A stretch of DNA of 20,000 bases from Chiloscyllium plagiosum. Lineage: Eukaryota. Below are positions 9,718 through 19,447 of this stretch, piece by piece. Location: NCBI RefSeq assembly GCF_004010195.1, contig NC_057751.1:5980660-6000659 (forward strand), written 5' to 3'. The translations under genes were made by a program, and so were the position numbers. The notes under the pieces were generated by a model that was not told the origin of the DNA, searched no databases, and worked only from the letters and a program-made list of their open reading frames with translations. Position 1 is the first letter of the stretch. Every line of letters begins with the position of its first letter.

Positions 9718-10443
9718 TTGGAGAAGAACAGAATTTGATATAAGTTGGGTTTCATTAATAAGTAATGACACTTCACTTTTAATATCTTTAGTGTAACTGA
9801 TTATTTCAGTGAGTGTGCAATTCCTGCTGCAATAGCAGGTTCTTTAATTATGGTGGTATGATGTTTGCTCAAACCAGGAACCTTGTGGCTTCATTCTATG
9901 AACAAGCATTTTAGTTTTCTGACATTTAAATAAAATAAAAATGTTATTGGTCTCCACAGAAATCATGACATAATGTAAAACACATAACTGAAACAAGCTG
10001 ATGATCACCAGATGATCACCAACCAGGGATCAACAAGGTCAGCGGAAAGAAATGACATTTGAGTTCAGAGTTTCTGATCCATGCTTAGAGTGAGTTCTGT
10101 TATTTTACCATTTTAAATAAGCTCTAAACTTCCTCGGAATACTACTCAAGAGCATTAATTAATTTTACTGTTTGAACACCCATAATGTTGCCCATGCCCC
10201 AACCCCGAGACCCTCATTCTGTGAAAGACCAAGACTATCAACTCATAATGTGATCAATAACTGAAAGAAATAGAAGGATTGATACTGTACCATATACCTC
10301 CTATAGCTACCTCTGTTCAGAGTTGCTCCATGTTGCAGTTTTCCCTTTCTTCTCTCAGCTCAATCTCTTCTCAGGCTCTGCATCTAATCCCTCTCTTCAA
10401 CCCATCCTGTCTCCTGTCTCTCACTGAAACTTCTGCATTAGGT

Positions 10444-10643
10444 CCACTTGCCTGCATTAGGTCCATATCCTTCCAAATCTTTCCTGTTCATGTACCAGTC
10501 CAAATGTCTTTTAAATGTTGTAATTGTACCTGCATCTTCCACTTCCTCCAGCAGTTCATTCCACTCATGAGCCATCCTCTGTGTTAAAAAGTTGCCCCCC
10601 CGGGTCTCTTAAATTTTTCTCCTCTCAGCTTAAAAATGCCCCT
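10444..10643 (-). mobile_element. CR1/HER1 fragment, an inverted near-copy of 11656-11861
   Basis: By manual alignment it differs from the reverse complement of 11656-11861 by about 8 substitutions and 3 small indels over about 200 nt. Confidence 0.9.
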
Positions 10644-10834
10644 TCCTTGGGACTATTTCTTCTTCACTTGTCATTGGCTTTCCAGTGATGAAAAAGTTGT
10701 TCAGGAAAATTAGTTGAGATTGCCTGGTTTCAACTTGCATGATTGAACTTTGAGATCTGGACTTTTGATTCAGTGGGTGTCGTTGTCACTTAGACTTTCA
10801 CATGAACAGATACAAGCAAACCTTTCAGAGCAAC

Positions 10835-11003
10835 GTTAAAAATCACACAACACCAGGTTATAGTCCAATTGGTTTAATTCCTTCATCAGGATGAAGCAGC
10901 GCTTTGAAAGCTAGTGCTTCCAATTAAACCTGTTGGACTGTAACCTGGTGTTGTATGATTTTTAACTTTGTCCATCCCAGTCCAACACGGCATCTCCAAA
11001 TCA
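10835..11003 (+). mobile_element. Second Penelope-derived fold-back insertion with TSD and a disrupted hammerhead core
   Basis: 45-bp inverted arms 10835-10879 and 10922-10966 with 4 mismatches. The loop contains ccttcatcagg (minus strand CCUGAUGAAGG) and gatgaagcagcgctttGAAAgcta. Unpaired 3' tail. TSD tttcagagcaac at 10823-10834 and 11004-11015. Confidence 0.8.
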
Positions 11004-11159
11004 TTTCAGAGCAACTTCTTTTACATTATCAGCTGCTTGGTACTGTCTCTGTTCTCCGTTCTCCAATCAAATCACAAACTAAGGCAGTCTAGATTTTCTC
11101 TCCGACCCAGATCATTCCTAAAATGAAAAACCAGTTGGACAGTCAGTACAGTTACTGGC

Positions 11160-11342
11160 TGCTTGTGCAACCTCGTGCCTTAGATTAATCCAGTTTACAA
11201 ACAACCCTATTGTGATGTTTGCTCTCTCTGTGAAGTATGGTATGAGGTCACACTTGTTCTGTGAGGTCATGCTTAAACCTTTCCAGTTCAAGGGACCTCA
11301 CCGCATTCAAACCAGGGATTAGAAATACCCTCCGTTTTCTGA
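11160..11342 (+). repeat. Diverged direct repeat, copy 1 (copy 2 at 12068-12233), unclassified
   Basis: Shared blocks tgcttg.gca.cctc.tgcct.aga.taa, gtgatgt.tg.tctctct, aggtcacac, tctgtgaggtcatgctt, gttcaagg, ctcacc, tcaaac, ttagaaa and gttttctga occur in the same order. Confidence 0.8.
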
Positions 11343-11614
11343 GGTTAAAATGTGTTGCTTTCCCAGACTATAATGACAAGCTTCTAGTTTCATGATGACA
11401 CAAAGAATTGGGTGTGTGGGAGATGGGCAGTCATGGGATTATCAGGATACTCTTTGTTCCCCTCCTCTTCATAGTGCCTAATAAATATTCATCAACATTC
11501 ACCAATGTTCATCAAACTAAGAAGAGTTTTTCAGTGAAGAACTGAGCATGAGGTTCAGTCACTATCATGAACTAGACTCCAGTTTTTGGATTGACTGAGA
11601 TCTGCTATTAGTGA

Positions 11615-11885
11615 ATAGCAAATGTCTTGTCTCCAGAGTGGGGGAGTTCAAAACTAGGGCCATTTTTTAAGCTGAGAGGAGAAAGATTTAAAAGAGACCC
11701 GGGGAGGGGGCAACTTTTTAACACAGAGGATGGTTCATGAGTGGAATGAACTGCTGGAGGAAGTGGAAGATCCAGGTACAATTACAACATTTAAAAGTTA
11801 TTTGGACAGGTACATGAACAGGAAAGATTTGGAAGGATATGGACCGAATGCAGGCAAGTGGGAACAGTTTAGTTTGGGACATTAA
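11615..11885 (+). mobile_element. CR1/HER1 LINE 3' fragment
   Basis: gagttcaaaactagggccattttttaagctgagaggagaaagattt...gtggaatgaactg...ggcaagtgggaacagtttagtttgggac is homologous to 2975-3215. Confidence 0.9.
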
Positions 11886-12067
11886 CGAACAACGATGCCA
11901 GATTAAGAATTTTAGACCAACCTTGCAAACCTTACAAACTTCTCTCTGGTCAGCTGGTCGATGACTGGCTTGTGTTCACTTGGTAAAGTCAAGCTGATCT
12001 GTCTGATCACCTTCTTTCCAAGACAAATCAACCACAGCAAGTGCAGCTACTTTGCCTTGCTTGTATT

Positions 12068-12233
12068 TGCTTGGGCAGCCTCCTGCCTCAGACTAAGTTA
12101 GTGATGTCTGATCTCTCTATAATGTACTGTGTGAAGGTCACACATATCTGTGAGGTCATGCTTTGACCTTTTAGGTTCAAGGAGTCTCACCTTGATCAAA
12201 CTGTCTGTTAGAAAAAAACATTCTGTTTTCTGA
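12068..12233 (+). repeat. Diverged direct repeat, copy 2
   Basis: Collinear with 11160-11342. Confidence 0.8.
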
Positions 12234-12612
12234 AATTACCTTAAACTGATATTCTGGAATGCACTAACCAGTTTTCAGTCCCTGACACCTCCTTCTTTTA
12301 CATGTCTTTAATCTGAGCAGAGCTTGTATGCACAATGTTCAAACTGACAACTTAGATTTTGTCCATTTAATCTGGAGGCTATATTGATCACAAATCATTG
12401 TTGTGTCAGAAATATGTACCTGCAGGGAAGGAGTTATAGTGAGAAACATATAATTTCCCTGGAAAACTCAAACATCTGCAAGCTGGCATGTACAACACAA
12501 AATGTAACAGCGACTGTCACTGAAATTAATTTATGCCCATTCTGCAGGTTTGTTTAAACCTTTGTGTAATTTGTCGGTCCTCCTCAGTTTTGACTATCCC
12601 CCCAAATTTCAT

Positions 12613-13394
12613 GTCCTCGGCCCAACCATCTTAAGCTACTTCATCAATCCTCCATCATAAGGTCAGAAGTGGGGATTTTTGCTGATGATTGTACAGTGTT
12701 CAGCATCCTCAGTGACTTCTCAGTTGGAAAGGAGTTCATACTAAGATACAGCATAACCTGGACAACATTTAGATTTGTCTGATAAGTGCAAGATCAAATT
12801 TACATGCAAGGTAAAGACAAGACAGAATCTCACTGTCATCCTTTGAGTTTCAATTGCATTGTCATTGCTGACTTCTGCATTATCAAATCCCGAGGACGAC
12901 AATTAACCAGAACTGAACTGAATAAGCACTCCAAACACTATGCTTATGAGTACAGGTTGGAGACTCAGAATTTTGAAATGAGCAACTCACCTTCTGACTC
13001 CTCAGATCTGACCCATCATCTCCAACTCATGAATCACAATTGTGATCGAATATTCTCCACCTTCCTGAAAGAGTGAAACTGCAATTACATTCAAAACATT
13101 CAACACCAACCAGGAAGCATGCTGAACTGGCACCCCCGATCACCACCTTCAAACATTCCCACATACAGGGTGCACAGAGGAGATGTGCCATTTACTCTGG
13201 AGTAATGTGTGGGAAATCTCCTTTGATGCCACTTTTCAAATCCATGAATTTTATCATCTAAAAGGAAAAAGGTTGCAGATTCATGGGAATGGCACCTCCA
13301 AACAGTTCCATTTCAAGCCACACACCATCCTGATTTGGAAGTATATCATAGTTCCTTCACTGTCGCTAGATCACAGTCCAGGAATTCTCACATA
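12613..13394 (+). mobile_element. CR1/L2-group LINE (second family), RT-to-3' fragment, with its 3' end resuming at about 15255-15450
   Basis: Decayed RT motifs VLGPTILSYFIN (12613) and FADDCTVF (12678). The 3' part (catgggaatggcacctcc...cacaccatcctgatttggaagtatatcatagttccttcactgtcgct) matches 18980-19070. Confidence 0.8.
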
Positions 13395-15250
13395 AACTAT
13401 AAGGTTTCGGAACAGATTTGGCTATTTGGTCTATCGAATCTGCTCCACCATTTGATCGTGGCTGATACGTCTGTCAACCCTATTGTTCTGATTTCTCCCT
13501 GTAACCCTTGATTCCCTTGCTCATGAAGAACCTATCTATTGACACTCAATGACTTGGCCTCAGGAGTTCTGTGGCAGTGTGGTCCACAGATTCACCATCC
13601 TCTGGCTGAATAAATTCCTCCTAATCTCAGTTTGAAAGGATTGTTCCTTCACCCTGAAGGTGTACTATAAGATCCTACTCTTTTCTACTTATGAAAACAT
13701 CTTCTCCATGTCCACTCAATCCAAGCCTTTGAGAACTGTGTAAGTTTCAGTGAGATTCCTGATCATCCTTCAAAATTCCATCAATTACAGACTCAGAGTC
13801 CTCAACTGCTCGTCATATGACAAGCCCCTCATTCACAGGACTACTCTTGGAGCCCCTCCAAGGCCAGAACACATTTTCTAGATAGGGGACCCAAAACTGC
13901 TCAGAATATTCCAAATGCATTCTAACCAGAGCCTGATACAGCCTGAGCAGTATATTTCCGCTCTTGTATTCTTGAAATGAATGCTAATATTGCATTTGCT
14001 TTCCTAATTACCAACTGAACCTGCATGTTCATGTGATAGTATTGTGTCTTTAAGAGGGATTTGTTCTCTGCTGTTCTTTTGCAGAGTGGTGTTATTAACC
14101 TGGAGCCAGAATGTCTGCCTCAGAAGTAGTAGATAAACGGCTTTCAGCTCCATGATTTAAAGAAAAAAATTACACACAAGAAGCTTGAGTGTGTGGAATC
14201 AGTCTCACACAGAGTTTCAGTTTTGCTTTCAGTTAAGGTTGGGGTTGAAGCTGCTGGCTACAGCTCTCTCTGCTGTAGCTAAAAAATTGACTGCTGCAAG
14301 TTGTTCATTTCAGTTTTCCTTTCTTCTGGACTGGTGACAGCATGTGAGAAAATGTTTCCTTGAATTTTCCTTTGTCAAGGGCATGTTTTTGGGATGTTGC
14401 TTTCTTAGAACTGTTGATGATTTGCAGTTAAATAAAATATATTGTTTTGTTAAATATATTGATAGAATTAAAGTTATGCCAATTTTTTTGTTTGTGTTTT
14501 AACTGTGTTGTAAGAATAAAGTGTGGGTTTGCTTAAAGCCTAGTAGGGAACCAATCGAATCACACCTGGGACATAGCGCCTTCCACTTGTCTTTAAATAA
14601 GATAAATTTAGGGTCTAGCCTATTTCCTTGATATATTTTGAGGGGTTTGGTCTGGTCTATAACAGTAACCTTAAGGGAATCCTGGACACATGCTCCTAAG
14701 TCCCTTTGTGCTCCAGATTTCTGAAGCCTTTCTGCATCTGAAAAAAAGAGTCTACATGTCTATTTTTTTTCTCCCAAAGTGCATAACCTCACAATTTCCC
14801 ACATGGTATTCCAACTGCCACTTCTCTCCTAGCCTGTCTAAGTCCTTCTGCAAGTTCTTTAATACTACCTGCCCCTCCACCAATCCTTGTGTCATCTGCA
14901 AACTTAGCCACAGTGCCCTCAGTTCCTTTGTGCAGATGGTTAGTGTATAATGTGAATTGTGGTCCCAACACTGACCACTGCAGAACTCCACTAGTCACTG
15001 GCTACCTTTGTGATAAAGACTCCATTCTCCCTACTCTCTGCCTTCTGCCAGTCAGCCAATCCCTGTCCATGCTAGGATCTTGCCCCTAACATCATGGGCT
15101 CATCTTATTTAGCAGTCTCCTGTATGGCAACTTATCAAAGGCACTCTGAAAACAAAAGAAAATCACATCCACTGGCTATCTTTTGTCTGACTTGATCCTC
15201 CTCAAAGAATTCCAACAAACTTCTTGGGCATGATGTTCTCTTGAAGAAAC
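13395..15250 (-). mobile_element. CR1-type LINE (RT domain to 3' end), interrupted by a solo LTR at 14032-14664
   Basis: Minus-strand peptides TSGVLQWSVLGPQFTLY...VAKFADDTRIGG and LQKDLDRLGEKWQLEYHVGNCEVMHFGRK are CR1 RT motifs. Sequence either side of the LTR joins collinearly (aacctgcatg...ccttaagggaatcc). Confidence 0.92.
14032..14664 (+). mobile_element. Solo LTR (about 633 bp)
   Basis: TGT...ACA termini (tgtgatag...ctataaca), AATAAA at 14515-14520, and a clean interruption of a CR1. Flanks ttca and gtaa are consistent with a decayed 4-bp TSD. Confidence 0.8.
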
Positions 15251-15254
15251 CACT

Positions 15255-15450
15255 CAGGCATTCCTCACAGACTGCTTCACTGTAACACTGACACTCTTCC
15301 CAGTTATGACATTCTTGTCTACCACTATCAGATGATCTGTGTCAGCTCAAGACGAAGGCTTACCATTAGCTTCTAAAGGGCAGTAAGACATGGGCAACAA
15401 ATGTTGGCCATGTTTGCAATACTTACATATCCCATGAAGGAATAAAATAA
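15255..15450 (+). mobile_element. 3' terminus of the CR1/L2-group LINE that begins at 12613
   Basis: aagggcagtaagacatgggcaacaaatgttggcc...atcccatgaaggaataaaataa matches the tail at 19170-19223. Confidence 0.7.
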
Positions 15451-15894
15451 TCTGTTAATTTAGATGTTGCATTTTGATTTCAAATCCAAATTTTTGATAA
15501 GAATTGTGATTCATTGTGGAAAAACACTTGCCGCCTTTTGCCCCGTGACTATCCCTAACTTCTACTTTCTGTCAAGCGATCCATACTGCTCCATGTCACC
15601 TGACTCATCATATTTATTCATTAAGCTGTGATGTGTCATCTTATTGGAAGCATTTTAAGAAGCTCCAAATGACTGAATGAAGTAACATGAAGTCTTGAAT
15701 CAGGATTTTGGCTTTTGAAGTCCATGTTCACCATTCATTGTTAAATATTTGGTTTCTAGAGTTGTTATAATCTCTTCTTTCCTCACACTCATGCTTCATA
15801 CATTATCTGTAATTCCCTGGGTTTGTTCTATTTTCCTTCTTAAATAGCGTTGAATCATTAGTTTTCAATCAATCTTCTTGTACTACAAAATTCT

Positions 15895-16140
15895 TTCATT
15901 AATTACCACCTGACTTGACTATATAATGTATTAGCTGGTATCCCATATTCTGCCCCCCATAACCTTGAATCCATCCAAAACTCTGCAACCCTTAGCTTAA
16001 CTCACAATACAATGCATTCTCATATCTCATCAGTGCTTACTGGCATACATTTGATTTTCATCAGGCACAGTGTTGATTTTAAATTTCTCACTCTTCTTTT
16101 TACATTTCTCCACAACCTCAACCCTCCCTATCATATATCT
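15895..16140 (+). mobile_element. L2 LINE ORF2 C-terminal fragment
   Basis: Decayed peptide LAGIP...LESIQNSA...HISSVLTGIHLIF...VDFKFLTLLFTFLHNLNPPY resembles L2 (LQxIQNAAAR...HITPVLxxLHWLP...IDFKILxLxFKALHGLAPPY). Confidence 0.75.
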
Positions 16141-16559
16141 ATCAAAGTGAATGTCCCCTCTCTCCCCAGCACCAGTGCGATGTTAAATTTTTGCACAACC
16201 CAACATTGTTTGTAAATGGAATTTGAACATAAGGGACAGGAGTGGGCAACTTGGCCCCTTAATCCAAGGATTATGAGGGTGAGAAGACTGGAGGGAGCCT
16301 GTGTAGGAACAGATACTTCAGTGACCAGGAACAGAATGATAAAAAGTGTGTATCAACCATGAGTTTTTATTTAATCATTTACAAGTTTATGCTTGGCACG
16401 AGCAAGCGTTGCATTTAACAACCAAAAGAGATGTTCTGTCACCCATGGGAATTTCCAATTTGAGAAGAAACCTCAATTTGTCCAGTCACATAGACATTGT
16501 CACCATTAGAGCAGGACAGAAGCTGGGCTATCTGTGGCAATTACCTCAACCCTGATACA

Positions 16560-16710
16560 GCAACTGTCTGGATAAAAATGTTTCCTCTGAATTTGTGACT
16601 GGAATTTGTGACTGGATTTATCAGTGACCACCTGATTCAGGTCTTGTGCTCTATGTCTACTCTGTCAAACCATTTCATAACCTTCAAGAGCCTTATCAAA
16701 TCACTTCTCA
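16560..16710 (-). mobile_element. Old CR1 fragment with a 13-bp tandem duplication (gaatttgtgactg x2, 16589-16614)
   Basis: tctggataaaaatgtttcctctgaa...ctactctgtcaaaccatttcataaccttcaagagccttatcaaatcac has the CR1 minus-strand 3'-region pattern. Confidence 0.5.
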
Positions 16711-16739
16711 GTCAAAACAACGTAAAATACTGCAGGGGA

Positions 16740-16937
16740 CTTGCTACCACGTGGAGGAGTTGAAACAAATACCATTGATGAATTAATGGGAAACAGGATA
16801 AGAACAAGAGGGAGAAACAAATAGAAGGCTAGTTTGATGGGGATTAAACTGAAGATGTAGGAAGATACTTGTGTGAGTGCAAACATCAACATGGACCAGT
16901 TGGGTTGAATAACTGGTAACTGCTGTGAATACTCTGA
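16740..16937 (+). mobile_element. Old CR1 3' end
   Basis: ggagttgaaacaaataccattgatgaattaatggg...ggataagaacaagagggag...aaacatcaacatggaccagttgggttgaat has the CR1 tail pattern. Confidence 0.65.
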
Positions 16938-17599
16938 AAAACCCAGTCTTTTATTTTTAACCCTCCTCACCTCAAGGGGCTGAGAATAAATCTAGCATCT
17001 CTTCTAACACCATGGCTGGGATAAGTGAACTCAGTGCAGATTGAGAGTTGAAACCTGCTGCATTTTCAAAGTGCACTGGGGACCCCAGAATATGGAGACA
17101 TGAAAAGAAATTGAAAAACATGCACCATATCTCATCTTTCAGAGATGTATCAAAGCATTTCATGCACAATGAAATGGCATTACTACTGTTATTGAGAAAC
17201 AGTGTTAAAGCTATGAATAAAAATAAAACACTCCTCATTTTGAGATTACATTTCACAATCATTTTATGCATTAACTTTATTGTTAGCAAAACTGTTCAAG
17301 GTATTTCTGGGAACATGCCTAGGAAAAATCTATCTTGGCTGCCCTTGTTCTTTGTCACATGAGAAAAGATTAACTTGTTGTTACTCCAACTGTAATTTAG
17401 CAGTTCAAACAGAACAACAATTGTTGTGATACATAGTAAATTTCAATTCTGAACAATGGATGTGTTTGGAAAGTGAATTCATACAACACAGTTTTCATGT
17501 CATGCATTTACACGATACTGTTGGTTTATGCAGGGAGAGATCATGACTTCCTGTGAGACCATTGCCTGTGGTTTTCACACAAGAATTACAAAGTATTGA

Positions 17600-18110
17600 T
17601 TTTTCTTAATTACTCACAGTATGTGGGTATCACTTGCGAGGCCAGCATTTTCTTGTCCCCAATGGCCCTTGAGAAGATAAACCGCTGCAGTCTGTGTGCT
17701 TTAGGGAAACCCACACTGCTATAAGGGAAGGATTTCCAGGACTTTCACCCAGCAGCACTGAAAGAACAGTGATAAATTTACAAGTCTGTATGGTAAGTCG
17801 CCTGGAGGAGAACTTGCAGGTGGTAGTGTTCCCATGTATATGTTGCTCTTCTCCTTCTAGTGGAAGTGTTTGTGGGTTTGAAAGGTGCTGCCTGAGGAAC
17901 TTTGGCAGAGAGTACACACTGCTGTAACTGAGTATCATTGTCAGAGTGAGTGAATGCTTGTGACTATGGAACCAATCAAAATGGGCTGCTTTGTCCTGGA
18001 TGATGTCAAGCTTTTTGAGTATTGTTGGAGCTGCAACAATCCAGGTAAGGGGGGAGTATTCCATCACACTCCTGACTTATGCCTTGGAGATGGTAGGCAG
18101 GCTCTGGGGC
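17600..18110 (-). mobile_element. CR1/L2-group LINE (second family) 3' fragment
   Basis: Minus-strand ORF MEYSPLTWIVAAPTILKKLDIIQDKAA is a LINE ORF2 C-terminal motif. Reverse-complement homology to 18830-19223 and 13030-13394. Confidence 0.85.
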
Positions 18111-18116
18111 GTCGGG

Positions 18117-18582
18117 ACATAGAGTCACAGAGACGTACATCATGGAAACAGACCCTTCAGTCCAACTTATCCATGCCGACCAGATATCCTAAATTAATTT
18201 AGTCCCATTTGCCAGCACTTGGCCCACACTGTCTCAAGCCTGCTTATTCATATACCCATTCAGATGCCTTTTAAATGTTGTCATTGTACCACTTCCTCTG
18301 GCAACTCGTTTCATGCACGCACCACCCTTTGCATGAAAATGTCGCCCCTTAGGTCTCTTTTAAATCTTTCCTCTCTCACCCTAAACCTATGCCCTCTAGT
18401 TCTGGATTCCCCTACCCCACGGAAAAGACATTGCCTGTTTACCTTGTTCATGTCCCTTATTTTATAAACCTCATTTTATAACGTGACCCCTCAGCCTTCG
18501 ATGTTCCAGGGAAAACAGCCTCAGTGTATTCAGCCTCTCCCTATAGCTCAAACCCTTCAACCCTGGCAACATCCTTGTAAAC
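18117..18582 (-). mobile_element. CR1/HER1 LINE 3' fragment
   Basis: catagagtcacagag...catggaaacagacccttcagtccaac is the reverse complement of the tail at 3225-3272. Homology continues through cctctccctatagctcaaacccttcaaccctggcaacatcct. Confidence 0.92.
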
Positions 18583-18836
18583 ACTATCTGTTAGACATCT
18601 GCGGATGACGTTGCAGGGGTATCCGTTCTTGACGAATACTCTGTAGAGGTGTTCTTCTTCTCTTCGTAGGTCAGGAGTGCTGCAGTGTGTTTAGCTCTTT
18701 TGAACAGGGTCCTAATGCAGCTTCTCTTGTATGTGTTGGGGTGGTTGCTGATGTAATTCAGGACCTGGTTGGTGTGTGTGGCTTTCCTGTACACTTTTGT
18801 GGTGCATTCACTGTTGTGTGTTCTTTGTACCATCAC
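18583..18836 (-). mobile_element. Penelope-like element, reverse transcriptase thumb-region fragment
   Basis: The peptide TTKVYRKATHTNQVLNYISNHPNTYKRSCIRTLFKRA matches the PLE motif T.VYRK.THT..YL...S.HP...K...I..L..RA. Frameshifted downstream. Confidence 0.88.
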
Positions 18837-19223
18837 AAGCATCCACTCCCTCCACCACTGACGCTCAATAGCAGCAGTGTGTACTACCTACAAGATGCAC
18901 TGCAGCAATTCACCAAAGATCCTCAGACAACATCTTTCAAACCCATGACCACTTTCATCTAGAAGGACAAGGTCAGCAGATACATGGGAACACCACCACC
19001 AGCATGTTCCCCTCCAACCCACTCACCATCCTGACTTGGAAGTATATCACTGTTCCTTCAGTGTTGCTGGGTCAAATCCTGAAAGTCCTTCCATAATAAC
19101 AATGTTGGTCTACCTACAGAATGAGGACTGCAGTGGTTCAAGAATGCAGCTCACCATCCCCCACCTTCCTAAGGACAACAAGGGATGGGCAATAAATTGT
19201 GTCCAGCCATAAATGAATAAAAA
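18830..19223 (+). mobile_element. CR1/L2-group LINE (second family) 3' end
   Basis: cacaagcatccactccctccaccactgacgctc...ggactgcagtggttcaagaatgcagctcacc...agggatgggcaataaa...aatgaataaaa, homologous to 17600-18000 in inverted orientation. Confidence 0.88.
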
Positions 19224-19284
19224 GAGATAGTGCATCCACTGTGTGCCAGTGTGAATGGAGTGAACATGAAGGCAGAGGGGATCC

Positions 19285-19294
19285 AAGATGGCGG
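19285..19294 (+). promoter_or_regulatory. YY1-like motif at the L1 5' terminus (internal promoter)
   Basis: aagatggcgg lies about 10 nt into the element, as in vertebrate L1 5' ends. Confidence 0.6.
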
Positions 19295-19447
19295 CGACCC
19301 AGCAAGACTGAGTCTATAGTGCTCCTCCCAAGACTTGGGTACAGTGGGTCACCCACCCCCTACCATGCTCACCAAATCATTTATAACAGTTGTGTAATTT
19401 AATTAGTTGTGTAATATTACATTTATACAATTTAATCCTAAGTAAAA

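Noticed and set aside
10000..10021. 11-bp tandem duplication gatgatcacca
   Set aside because: An ordinary slippage-type microduplication with no further structure.
12426..12547. Open 122-nt segment between cag| and |gtttgt
   Set aside because: Poor polypyrimidine tract and no recognisable homology.
16972..17362. Overlapping opposite-strand ORFs of about 105 aa
   Set aside because: Non-ATG starts, low-complexity AT-rich composition and no domain similarity.
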